Shown here piece by piece: positions 38,293-49,864 of a DNA stretch of 64,000 bases. The stretch spans positions 57,204-121,203 of the forward strand of contig NW_008246127.1 in assembly GCF_000281045.1 (NCBI RefSeq). The letters run 5' to 3'. This stretch comes from Saprolegnia diclina VS20 (Eukaryota). Below the pieces are notes generated by a model that ran no database searches, had not been told where the DNA came from, and saw nothing but the letters and a program-made list of their open reading frames with translations. Position 1 is the stretch's first letter; every line of letters starts with the position of its first letter. The position numbers and the translations under genes are program-made.

Positions 38293-39025
38293 TCAAAATG
38301 GCAGCGTTAATGGCCACCGCGCGCGCTAGATATCCAGTCGGCCCGTTCGATTCTGTTGCGCGAGGTTGGCTTGTCACGGTATGTCCTTGAGTTGATTTTG
38401 AGAATACTTTGACTTTTGACTTGGATTTGTATTGGTAGAAGTGCAGTTTGAGATTGCTTTTGAGTTTGCACTTGGACAGTGTATCGGCAGAACCATGGAA
38501 GGGGATGTGCAGCTGTGCAGGAGCCTCTAGCGTTCGTCGCGCCATACGACCCCGTCGGTAATAGTGTAGGAAGATGAGCGACGTCGGCGCGGTCGATGTG
38601 CCAAGCGCACGCCATCGACATCGAACGCGGGGTGGTCAGAAGACGTGTCCGAATGCTTGCATCCGCGGCGCGTCGAACGACGTTGCAGCGGCTTACTTTA
38701 GCCAGCAACAAGCACCGGTGCGAACAAGACTTCCACTCTTGTTCACCTGAACCGTTCTCATCGTGTGTACGTTGTTGAGCCGTGTGCCAACTACAGAGCT
38801 GAACTACAGTACCGGTGACTAGGCAGACAGTGGTTACAATTGAATTAGCCACCGGGGTGACCTATGGTCCGAGCTAGAAACACTGTTGGTGAGCCCCTGG
38901 GTGAGCCCTGTCAGTGGAGCACAGTTTGGTGCCACGAACACACGTAGTTGCTCGGACTCGAACCATAGAAGTCGTGAATAAGTTAAGGTTAACAAAGAAA
39001 GATACATACTAGTAGATTCGCACAG

Positions 39026-40015
39026 CTACGCGTGGCAGCTCGGGCTCGCATGGTCGTTCCACGCCGCGTCCATTGTCGCCGTCACGGTCTGTAGCGCGTC
39101 TTCTTCGGTGCCAACGGCGACGCGCTGCACCTTGCACGAGGCGGCCGGCATGCGTCGTTGCAGGTAGAGGAGGCAGATGACGGGGAAGACTTCAGGCACG
39201 AGGCTTGCCCAGACTGTGTGAGGTACAACGTCCATCTCGCGTACGAAGCGGAACTCACAGGCGCCGCACACGATGAAGAAAACGCGAAGCACATTGCAGA
39301 GCATGATGATCCAGACTGACAGAAACAGTTTGGTCGCGGACCGTGAAAAGGCGGTCGCGCTGAGCATGCTTCGCGACTGGAGCATGCGCCGGTAGATGCG
39401 CGTCGCTTGAAAGAGCAGCAAGCTCGACGTGAAGAGGATGACAACCGAGCCGAGCGAGACAATTAAAATGTGCAAAACGCTGTCGTTGTACTCGCTCACA
39501 CCAGCGACGTCGTCGGAGAAGGTGAATACGGCGCCGTCGGTCGCGAGCATGGCGAGTACCATGGCAGCGGAGATACCAATGATGAAGCGCTTGAAGCGCA
39601 CGGGGCCGTGCGCGTACTGCCCGACCATGGCGACGCGAGCCCAGGCAATAGAGAGCATCGCGAGTGCACAGCAGAGCAGCGTGTCGGCCAGCAGCTCGGC
39701 CACAAAGGCGCCGATCCAGCGCTGGCTGCGAGGGTAAAACACGGCCTGGACGTTGAACGGGATGTTGCCGACGATCACGTGCAGCAAGAGCACGTGGAAC
39801 GTCACGCGGCGGAGACCGCTGCCGTGGCGTACGTGCAGCACGAGGCGAGAGAGCACGCCGAGGGCCACGATCGCGTAGAGGACGAGGGAGAGCGCGCCAG
39901 CGACGCGCTGCGCCCGCTCCTTCTTGAAGCTTTCCCACGCGTCATGGTTGGCTTCCATTGTGGGCAATGAAATGTGGCTGCCGCGCCTCTGCGGTGCTGT
40001 TTCATGACGGGGCAC
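39026..40015 (-). CDS. Multi-pass (about 7 TM) membrane protein, tandem paralog, copy 2
   Basis: Colinear with 37366-38292 (FHxLLL, WIG, WAR, SxWxIMLC, WASLVPEVFPVICLLYLQR); start could be 40015 or about 39958. Confidence 0.75.
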   Translation of the reverse strand: MPRHETAPQRRGSHISLPTMEANHDAWESFKKERAQRVAGALSLVLYAIVALGVLSRLVLHVRHGSGLRRVTFHVLLLHVIVGNIPFNVQAVFYPRSQRWIGAFVAELLADTLLCCALAMLSIAWARVAMVGQYAHGPVRFKRFIIGISAAMVLAMLATDGAVFTFSDDVAGVSEYNDSVLHILIVSLGSVVILFTSSLLLFQATRIYRRMLQSRSMLSATAFSRSATKLFLSVWIIMLCNVLRVFFIVCGACEFRFVREMDVVPHTVWASLVPEVFPVICLLYLQRRMPAASCKVQRVAVGTEEDALQTVTATMDAAWNDHASPSCHA

Positions 40016-40846
40016 TCACGCAGCCATGTGCTATGTTATAACAATGGGTACGCTGCAAGTTTCCTGTGGCTTGAAACACACAACCGTACACCGGTCTGGA
40101 CGACCACTGCGTCAAGTGCAAGCATTGTACCGGTAGGAGAGGACCGTGGTGTAATAAAGTATACGTCACGTTTACGTACTGTCGTAGCAGTTGACAGAGA
40201 CACACTACTGGTCTTGCAAGCATGGTTCTGCATGCACAAGTTGTTTGATGTTGCAGTGGAATCGCACCGTGGGCACTGCAGCACTGGTGGTTCATAAAGT
40301 TGCGTTCTTCAAGTCTTATTGCAAACTGATATGCGTTGACAGTGCCAACAGTGTTGCAGAACGCGCCGCGCGCCATTTTGGGGCGCGTCAAAAGCACTTG
40401 GTCGCAAGCATCCAGCGCCACTTCTCGTCGACGAACACAGTATCCAGAGCTGTATCCAGTGCGTTCATTCTTCCGTCAAGTCCGTTAACACAACGAGGAC
40501 AACTACTGGTAGATTAGCTTCGGCGATAATGGTACCCGAGCGCTCGCCAGCCTCGAGAAGGACTACATTGACCGCAAGCGCACGCGGCGGCGAGTAATCG
40601 TTACCCGGCACTTTAGCAACCATGCCCACGGTGCCAGTCTTCGCTACGTCCGGCATACAACCTGTACCGCATGAACCGTTTTCAAAGCTACGTGCTCGGT
40701 GCGATCGAGCCTGGCCGTGGCTACCGGTACTGCTGGCACATGAAGATATGTATTGAAGCCGTGTGTCTTCGCCCATGGATAGGCTGTCGGTGCACAATCG
40801 AGTCGATCATACTAGTAGACATACTACATGGGAGCAAATAAAATGC

Positions 40847-41119
40847 CTAGAAGCCCATGAGCTGTTCGACAAAGATGCGCATTTCCTTCCGGCTCAGAAG
40901 GCCGTTGCCATCGACGTCGAAGGCGGTGAAGCATTCTTCAAAGTTGACGGGCGGCACGACGTCGCCGTCCTTCTCGTACTCGGCGATGAGCGTATTGACG
41001 AACTTGCGCGTTTCTATCTTGTCGAGGTACCCGCTGTCGTCGCGGTCGTACGCGCTCCAGATCGTATCGACACACTGGTCAATCGTCCCCTTGAAGCTCG
41101 CTTGCTGGGCCGCGTTCAT
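40847..41119 (-). CDS. Small two-EF-hand calcium-binding protein
   Basis: Canonical 12-residue loops DRDDSGYLDKIE and DVDGNGLLSRKE. Confidence 0.85.
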   Translation of the reverse strand: MNAAQQASFKGTIDQCVDTIWSAYDRDDSGYLDKIETRKFVNTLIAEYEKDGDVVPPVNFEECFTAFDVDGNGLLSRKEMRIFVEQLMGF

Positions 41120-42049
41120 GCTCTCCCGTTGTCGACCTTCTGCTGCCACCAAATGATGGGCCTTTTTCCCGCCAGGTCCAAATTGGGATGTCTATCCTAA
41201 TTCGAGGCAGAATCCGAAATGAGGCCAGCAAAAAAGGACGCTGTATGGGACACGGACGTGGATTAATTTAATCGAGTAAATCTATTTTATTATTGACCTT
41301 CAACGTTTCTGTGCGCAAGTTGACGCATTGAGGAGCTCGGCGATGACGGTTTGCTGCCGGCACGAAATCTAGCACAATCATTTTTCACTACTTTCACACA
41401 CGTGTGTTATTGTCTATACGAAGGTGCAGCAGCACAACTACGAGCCTCTCGTCATACTTCAGGTAGAAGCAGTACCAAGCGAGAAGCTAGGAATTCGGCG
41501 GCTTGCGACATGGACGAGGCTACGCCATGTAGCCTCGCCATAAACTTGGTGCCATCGACGGGGTTGCGCTCTCGGTCCTCCACCTTCTTTCTTCGATTGT
41601 TCAATTTTATTTTGTTGTCATCGGGCAATCGACTTGGGTTCATGGAATGTGGCAAGAATAGAAGTTTTTTAATTTTTCGCAATTTCATAATCAAATAACG
41701 GATCTTGAAGTTGCCATTCGAACATGGCACATCTCCCCGCGTTCTGTCGTCGTCCGTGTTATATATCCAATGTACTCTAGTGGACACTAGCCTACCCCGG
41801 TACTGAAGCTGTGCCCGACTTACTCCTCTCACGATTGCATTCGTATCCTAGAGCGTGAGTGAGGAGTTTTCATCGCGAATTTCCCACGGGACACGCGAGA
41901 AAGTGTAGGCGACACCACGTGAATATTAGTTTCTCACGCGTGTGTGTTACGGTTTCTGGTTGATGCTGGGCTGTTATCAGCGCCGTGGCACTTTCGATCC
42001 GAGTCGCACGGGTGCGGACAGGACTCCAGATTGCGATCGTTGTTGTCAG

Positions 42050-43104
42050 ATGCGCCTCGAGTCCACCGCCGCTGCCACGTCCATCGACGCGGCCACCAAC
42101 GCGGCCATCGCCGCAGGCTTCTTTGTCTTCTTCGCCGGCATGTTTCGCTTCTCGTGGAAGTACTGCCTCCAGCACAACCCCAAGTTTCCCGACTTTAGCC
42201 CTGCCGAGAAGGCCGATTGGTGCTCGCGGTGCGCTGCTTCACGATGTAGAAAGAAGTCGCTCACAATATGAGTAGCATCAACTCGACGATTCACGCCATT
42301 GTCATTGTCGCTGGCGTCGTCTACGCCATTTGCGTCATCCACTGGGACAAGGACTACTTGCCAATGAGTTCGATCCAGCCCGCTTGCACCGTCTTCTCCA
42401 TTGGTACGCGATACCAGCTTCTTGACGCGAGGGCCTCATTCGCGTTTCGTCTGTGTCTTTAGCGATCGGGTATTTCCTCTTCGATTTGATCGTCGTCATT
42501 GCGTGGCCCGTGCCAATGCAATCGGTGTTTGTGATCCACCACGTTGTCGCAGTGTACGCTCAACTCGCTTGCATTTCTGAAGGGCATATCTCATGTCCAT
42601 TCCTGTAGTGTGCCGTACATCATCAACAACTTTGTGTCGGCGTGCACGGGGTGCCAGTTTGGCCTCCTCCTCTTTCTCCTGGTCGAGATTGCGACGCTGC
42701 CGCTCAACGCGCGGGGCTTCATGGAGTCCATGGGCCACCACGACTCGCTCTCGCACACGCGTTCCATCTATGCCACGTACGTGACGTGGGCCGTGACGCG
42801 CACGCTCTTGCCCGTCTACCTTCTCTACGTCTTCTGGTCCTTCTCGTACCCAGCCGACAAGGACGACAATGTGTGCTTCTACCCCAACCTGATTTGCGCG
42901 CACATCATCGCGGCCTTTTGCGTCGGCGTCTTTTGCTTTGTGCACACCCCCGAACTCGTGCACCGATGGAAAGCCGTGGTCGAGAACGTGGCGCCCACGA
43001 CCGTGCAGGACGCGAGCGACCCCGTTGTCGCGCCCCACCCGACAAAGCAGTACAAAGCCAACCTCGTCAACGACAACTACACAGCCCATTGCGACGAAGC
43101 ATGA
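42050..43104 (+). CDS. TLC-domain (TMEM56/TLCD4-like) membrane protein, 3 introns
   Basis: DWCSR|INSTIHA, IGYFLFDL, FVIHHVVA, LLVEIATLPLNARGF. Confidence 0.8.
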
Positions 43105-43653
43105 TCTTCCAAGACGACTTGTCATGTACACTACCCCTATTCCAACTACACTAGGACTACAAATAAACTAAATACACAACTGGCTTCCTGCTGCTAGCGC
43201 AGTGATTCGAGACGAGATGCACAAGGGCCCCAAGGAGCGACATCGATTCAAACGAGGCTCCCGAGGACAGCGGTGCAAGGATGGGACGACGGACACAGCA
43301 CGATTACGCAAGTTCGCTGGCATGTGCACGGTATACCATTTCGAACTTTCGCGTCGACTCGCAGTCGACACGACACCACTGGGATGACGCTGCATCGTCG
43401 CATGCGTCGATGTGTTATGATACTGTTTGCGTTGAAAGTTGCATGGCATCAGACCACCAACTGCGAACAATCACGAACGACGGACGCTGCAGCCTCGTAG
43501 ATCCACACGCACGCACCACAGGTGCGACAGTGCTGCTGTGCCGAGCGGCGCTCTTTAGGCCAAATAAGCTTACGTGGAGTTGGCTCCGAGCGTCTGTCAA
43601 CGTATCTTGGGCGTTCGAGCTCGCGTTGTGGCTGCCACTGCAACGTCGTGTGT

Positions 43654-43718
43654 GATTGGCTAAAATACGGATCAGGAATACGATCTTATTGGCTACAATC
43701 CAGCGATTTTGCGATTGG
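43654..43718. promoter_or_regulatory. Cluster of three inverted CCAAT boxes upstream of the U2A' gene
   Basis: ATTGG near 43655, 43688 and 43714. The same motif precedes several other starts, e.g. about 30838 and 58590. Confidence 0.45.
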
Positions 43719-43782
43719 TGAAAACTGTGTACCAAACGTTAGCGATTTTGGACGGGCCGCAAGGACTTGACGACGACGGACG

Positions 43783-44955
43783 ATGCGCTTGACCGCCGAA
43801 GTGATCTTAAACGCCCGCGCCCACATCAACCCGCTCCGGGAGCGCGAGCTGGACCTCCGAGGTACATGCCTCCTCATGCTGCAGAGGCCTCAGCGCGCCT
43901 AGGCTACAAGATCCCTGTTATCGAGAGCCTCGGTGCGACCAAGGTACGCCGAGGATACATGGTAGCCGCGACGCACGAACGACGTAGGACGGCTTCGACT
44001 GCCTCGACTTCTCGGACAATGAAATCAAGAAGCTTGAGAACTTTCCTCGCCTGCGCCGCGTGCGCATGCTCCTCTTCCACAACAACAAGATTGCGCGCAT
44101 CCAGGAAAACCTGGTCGAGGCGCTCCCGAACCTCTCGGTGCTCCTCATGACCAACAACAGCCTCGCCAACCTCACAGACATTGACGCGCTCCGCTGCTTT
44201 GACAAGTTGGATATCCTTTCTACGCTTTGCGACCGCTTCCATCGTTCCACCAACTTTTTGGCTCCTTAACCACGTAGCACATACGTTGTCGTTGATCGGG
44301 AACCCCGTCACGCGCAAGTCGTACTACCGCGAGTACGTCATCCATACGCTTCCGCAGGTCCGCGTCCTCGACTTCAAGAAGATCCGGCCTGTCGAACGGA
44401 CAGAAGCCGCCCGGCTATTCAATTCGCTCGCCGGCAAGAAGATTGCGGATGGCGAGGCGGCGCCAGAGCCGACACCTTCGTCGTCAGAGCCGATGCCTTC
44501 GTCGCCGCCGCGCCCCTCCGTCACGGAGCTTCAAGTACGCCGCTTGCATCTTTTGTCTATTGGAGACGCGGTCCCATGCACGCGTTGTCTCTTAGGCGGC
44601 CATCGTGAACGCGACCTCGCTCGCCGAAGTCGAGCGCTTGGAGGAACAAGTGAAGGAAGCGCTGTCGCCTCCGCCGGCGTCGCCGCCCCACGAAACGGCC
44701 CCGTCGCCCAAGAAGACGCCGTCGCCGAAGCGTGAGGTCGTCGCGTCCCCGAAGCGCGAAGTCGCATCGCCGCCCAAGGTGGCGTCGCCCAAGAAGTCGC
44801 CCGCCCCGTCCAAGGCCGTTGGCGGCTCGGTGGCGTCGATGAAGGTCACGGAGCTCAAGGAAGAGCTGAAGAAGCGGGGCCTCTCGTTCAAGGGCCTGAA
44901 AGCGGAGCTCGTCGCGCGTCTCGAGGAGAGCATGGCGCACGACATGGAAATGTAA
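43783..44955 (+). CDS. SNRPA1: U2 snRNP A' (LRR protein) with an SP-rich linker and a C-terminal SAP domain; 4 introns, one of them AT-AC
   Basis: MRLTAEVILNARAHINPLRERELDLRG|YKIPVIESLGATK|DGFDCLDFSDNEIKKLENFP...GNPVTRKSYYREYVI...VLDFKKI; AIVNATSLAEVERLE; SAP MKVTELKEELKKRGLSFKGLKAELVARL. Confidence 0.93.
44211..44280 (+). other. U12-type (minor spliceosome) AT-AC intron, 70 nt
   Basis: 5' ATATCCTTT, branch site TCCTTAAC (44263-44270) 10 nt before the terminal AC; removal gives the in-frame FDKL-D-TLSLIGNPV. Confidence 0.88.
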
Positions 44956-45554
44956 GCGTCGTTTGACTAGTGCTAACGGCGGTATAAGCAAGCTTGTATT
45001 GATGCAACGCAGATTGCTACGAGGTATATAGCAGGTGTGCGAGAACATCTCGAACTCGAATCAGGGGTCTGAACCTTGTTCCCAGCACCTGTTTGTGGAC
45101 GACTGGCCAAAACCATCAAGCCACTCGAGACATTGAACGGTGGTGACACTGCACAGAGTGTGAATTCGGGAAGCCAAGCCAAACACAGTCTTTGTGGATA
45201 TGGAGGCGGTCGCTCACGCCATGGAGTGTTAAGACCCAGGAGTAGTCTCGCGTTGCCCACCGTTCTGTGCGCCCAAGTCAAAATGGGAGCAGCCCAATTC
45301 TTGCTTGGAGCCATTGACCCTGAGATCGACAACGACCACCCCCGTGCTTAAACGGTGGAGCGATCTTTTTGAATAACCGGATCCGAATAAAAAGCATTTG
45401 ATTGTCTACTATAAAAATGACTGCTATTTTGTACAACTTTGCAGCAATTATATTATTGAAGAAATGTGGGTGGTCTTCACGGCCGGATACAAGTGCCGGA
45501 TACTCGGTATCCTATTCGTACGGATAATATAGCACTGGGTCCATTTGCAGTTCA

Positions 45555-46449
45555 ATGGTGTGCGACCGTGTCGACGCGCCGCTCTCGCTCGGCGGGCTCT
45601 TCGCCAACAGCGACTCGGAGGACGAGGCGTTTGTCAACGAGTACGAGACGCAGAACATTGCGATCGGCGCCGACACGTATGCGATTCGCCAGTTCTCGTT
45701 CCACGAGGCCAACGCCAACAAGGTGTGGCCCGGCATGTTCAACCTCGCGAGCTTCATCGACGCCAACAAAGCGCGGTACAGCGACGGCAAGATCCTCGAG
45801 CTCGGTGCTGCCACAGGTGCGCTGGCCATCCACCTCCGCGCCGACCCGCGGCTGTATGACGTCATGACGAGGTACCACCTCTTGCTATGGCGGTCGTATC
45901 GTTCCAGAAAGCTTCGTGCTGTTTTGCATCATACTGCTGCCCTTTCCCAAAGGGCTTGATGCCATCCGCTTGCGTCTTCTAGTGACATGGCCGACGACGG
46001 CACGATCGAGGCCAACATCGAGTTCAACTCGGCGCTCAATGGTAACCCGCTTGTACTTGGTAAACGAGATGCCATTCCTTCCATAGGCCAAGTGATCGGC
46101 GAACACTACGCACACACGTGGGGCACGGGCTGGAAGAGCCCCGGGTCGGTTCGATTCGTCATTGCGTCCGACATTTTGCTCTACGTCAGGTGCGTCTGTG
46201 GATCTTGACGCGCTGTCGTGACGCCTTCGGTCTAGTGCATACCCGGCGCTGGTGACGACGCTGCTCGAGATCTTTGAGGACGACGCGACGACCGAGTTCC
46301 TCATGAGCTGGAAGCGGCGCATCGCCGACTCGGCCGTCTTCTTTCGCCTCATGGACGACGCCGGGTTTCAAATGCACCACCACGGCGCGTGCATCTACTC
46401 GTTCTTCAAGCCCACGACGACATGCGCATACCTCCAGTCTCTCATGTAA
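45555..46449 (+). CDS. METTL21/Methyltransf_16-family protein lysine methyltransferase, multi-exon
   Basis: ANKVWPG, KILELGAATGALAI, HTWG, FVIASDILLY, FLMSWKRR. Confidence 0.85.
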
Positions 46450-46793
46450 CATATCCCACTGCAACTAGACGCAAGAATACTCTACATATATCACTTTCAA
46501 ATGCGTTGAAACCCTCTCAAGTGTAAGCATGTGGACGGAACTCGAGGCGCAACAACCATCGACTATCTGACATGCGCCAATGCGTCGGGGATGGACGATG
46601 ACCAGAAATGTGGCAAAATTTCAACAGGGGTCCACTTTTGTCAACGTTAGCACCATTGTTCACCTTGTCTCCTACTAAGATAACTATCTGCGGGAAGCTG
46701 CCAGATAGCATTCAGCTCGGTGCATGACGCAAAACCTTTCCCAGGGCTAGGGCATGAAATACCCTAGCTATAACGGAACATCCCTTTTCACGA

Positions 46794-49423
46794 TTACACG
46801 GTATCGAGCTCGTTGCGACCGTTGCCGACGCATTGATTGTCGATTGCAGCGACCGACGCGTCACTAGTCGTCTCGAGACCTTCACGTCGATGGCCGTAGA
46901 TTTCATTGCCGACGACATGCGCGTGGGCGTGGTCCGAGACGTAGATGCCACTGGCGCGGCCGTTGCAGATGTGGTTGCGTCGGACGACAGCGGTGCTTCC
47001 GACACCGCGGACATCGATGCCTGCCATCGCGTTCTTGTGCAACACGTTGTCGTCGATCGTCGCGCGGCCGCCCGAGTGCAGGAGAATGCCGCCTTTGAGT
47101 CCGCGCACAATCGTGCATTTCTCGATGGTTGCAAACGCATGGGCGGTCACTACTCGCAGCATAGGTCAATGGCTCAATCCAGTGTCCGAACCTTCGACGC
47201 CAGCCATGCAATTCTTCTCCACGCGGCAGTCGCGCATCGTGAGTGTGCCGAACGCGTGTACAAAGACGCCACTTTTCTTGCAGTTGGCGACCGTCGAGTG
47301 CGATAGTATGCAAGCAGCGCCCCCAGAGACGTCAACGCCGCAACCGGCAGACCGCTCGACCGTGCAGTGCAAGACGTCGACCGTGGCTTTGCCTGTGTGG
47401 AGTATATGAATACATAATGTTGCGACTGCGAGTACTACCGCACACGTAGAGCCCAGCCTGAAGGCCGTCGGTGATACGCGAGTGCCTCATGACCACGTGG
47501 GACCGATTGGCGACACAGACGACTGCGATGTTGGGCGCGCTGCGCTGCACCACGCACCGTTCGATCAAGACGCGGCCAGAAGACACGAGGAGTGTGTGGG
47601 TCTTGGGTGTCGGTCGCTTCGGCGGCTGCAGCACAAGTCCATCGAGAACGACGCTGGCGTTTCCTTCGACAACGATGTGACCGATCACCACCGACGAGTC
47701 TTCGCGGTACTTTAGTCAAACGTTTTCGAGGTGCAGAACGTACCACATGTGCCTTGCAGCGTAATGGCTTTTCCAATGCGCAAGGTCGATACAATATACG
47801 AAGCAGGTGCGAGAGACAGCGTGGCGCCAGCATGCGCCGCTTCGATGGCGGACGCGAGATCGTCGGTGGCGCCCACTGAAACGAGCGATGTCGATGGCAG
47901 CTGTGTTGCTGCACTACTCGGCGGCAGCAAACTGCAGTCCTCCATGTGCTGGCGCGTGCACTTGGTAGGTGTCGCCCAAACCTCGTCTTTTCCTACGACG
48001 CAAGAGATGTGGAGACAATATCCGAGTTCGTTTGACGCACTGTGTCTGGTTGCTGACGAAAAGACAGCTTGGCTCGATGGCAACAGCGATGGCAACTCGG
48101 CCGTCGATGGGGCTTGTGCGACGAGCCACGCCTTGACGACACCGTATACGTCGAGCGATGTGGACCGCGTCTTGATAGACTAGACCAAACGTGTGCATAC
48201 GTAGTGGCCAATCAAAGTGTACGTGTATACCATTGGGTCCAGGTGGGACGTGGTCACGTCATGACCGATGGAACGCAGAGCGTGCTTGAACGCAGCGAGC
48301 GACGGGGGCTGAACATGCTTGAACGCGCGAAAGAGACGCGGCACCGAGTAGTAAAATGGTGCACTCGGCTCTTCGAGCAAAATCCCATCCAAGTACCTAC
48401 AGCACTCATCACGTCACATCTCAATTGGAGGTCCTACCGCCGCGCTGCGTCCAGACCTGGCATCGACGCCGCCGTGCTGAGGACATTGCGCTCTTGCAGC
48501 GGCCCCATCCAGAACGGACCACCTCGCTACACGTAGCAAGTATTTTGCGCCTGCACGCCTTTTGCCAACTACCTGCAGCGCGTTGTTGCAGATGGGACAT
48601 TGCGCTGCGCAGGTCACATCAGCGCCGAGCTCGTGCACGTCAAAGTGTGCACAGCGCGTGCATTGGTCGACGACCGCGAGCGGCACGCGGGGCGCGTCAC
48701 CGGCCTCTTGTACACGAAAGATGACGCGCGTGAAAAAGTCAAATGCTGTCGACAGCAGCGGCGTCACCGACCGGTTGCAGTCGGCTGCAAGTGACGCGGC
48801 ACGGCCCAGCACGATGCGGCAGCGCGCCGTAGCGTCGAAAACACTCGGCGTGCGACGGTCCATTCTTTCCGAGAAGCGTGTGCATGTCCGTGTCGGTGGC
48901 GCAGACGACGCCACCAACAGCAACCGAGGCAATCGCACTCGGCAGCAGCGCCGCACATGTTCCGAAGGGGTCGAGGTCGACCACGTGGAAGCGTTCTCGG
49001 TGCTTCCAGAGGCACTCGACAGCGTCCATTCGGGTCGCCTGCACGCGGTCCGAGACGCCGTTCTCAGCAATGTTGAGTACTATTGCAGCGTGCGCCGCGG
49101 CGTCCAGGTCGTTGGCGACAGACAAAGCACCCGGCACCTCGAGCGCATAACTAGTTGCACGTGTAGCTTTGGACAAGAGCGAGGGTCGTACCGGATGGCG
49201 CGAATGCCGGTGCCCGCCATGGCGTCGAGCGCGGCAAACGACCGCGGTAGCTGGCGCTGCGCGGCGAGGGCTTGCAGGACCAAGACGGTCAAGTCGCGTT
49301 GCAGCTCCTACAAATAATCCATCTGCTGAGCATGCACTACTGAAAGAAGCGCACCTGGTGAGCGCTGAGAAAGACGTTCTCGTCTTGGGCGATCGTCGCT
49401 CGCCCTTCCGCATGGGCTGCCAT
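46794..49423 (-). CDS. TRM1: TRM1-like tRNA G26 N2,N2-dimethyltransferase fused to a C-terminal right-handed beta-helix domain; apparent frameshifting deletion near 48820
   Basis: MAAHAEGRATI..VFLSAHQ|ELQRDLTVLV, LDAMAGTGIRAIRY, ANDLD, VVDLDPFG, DFFTRV, CxxC...CPIC, GGPFWMGPL, PFYYS, SHLDPM|SIKT, then in frame DLASAIEAAHAGATLSL and PbH1-like repeats (NAMAGIDV, GRASGIYV). Confidence 0.75.
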
Positions 49424-49864
49424 GCCAATCAATCCATCAACCGTAAAGTCTAACAACACGCAACTTGTATCCAGATGGCAAATTTGACCTTATCAGTGAT
49501 CTTGTTGAGCGTGAGCTTTAGGCGTGGATAGTTCGCTGGTGAACAGCTCGTGGATAGCACATAGATCGCTGCTGCATAGCACACCCTTTTGGTGATGCCA
49601 AGCACAACGCTGAACCTTCCTCTAAATACACCCACCCGCCAACCGCAACATGGCGGGTCGATACGTCTCGTGTTGTTAGCCATTGATTAAAGTATGTCAG
49701 AGTACCCAGGTCGCAGCGTAGGCACTGCGATGGTCTGTACTGGAAGGCTACTGTTTTCTCTAGGTCTCCAGTCCCTCCGAGACCCTGCTTTCTACCCAAA
49801 GCTCTGAGCAGGTACGTCACGAACACTTGATGTCCATGGGTCATGGGTGGGTGTGTAGCCCACG

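Noticed and set aside
38860..38970. GGTTCGAGTCC B-box-like motif (minus strand, about 38954-38964) and an imperfect 12-bp inverted repeat
   Set aside because: No cloverleaf (acceptor, D or anticodon arms) could be built and no target-site duplication was seen, so it is not called a tRNA or MITE
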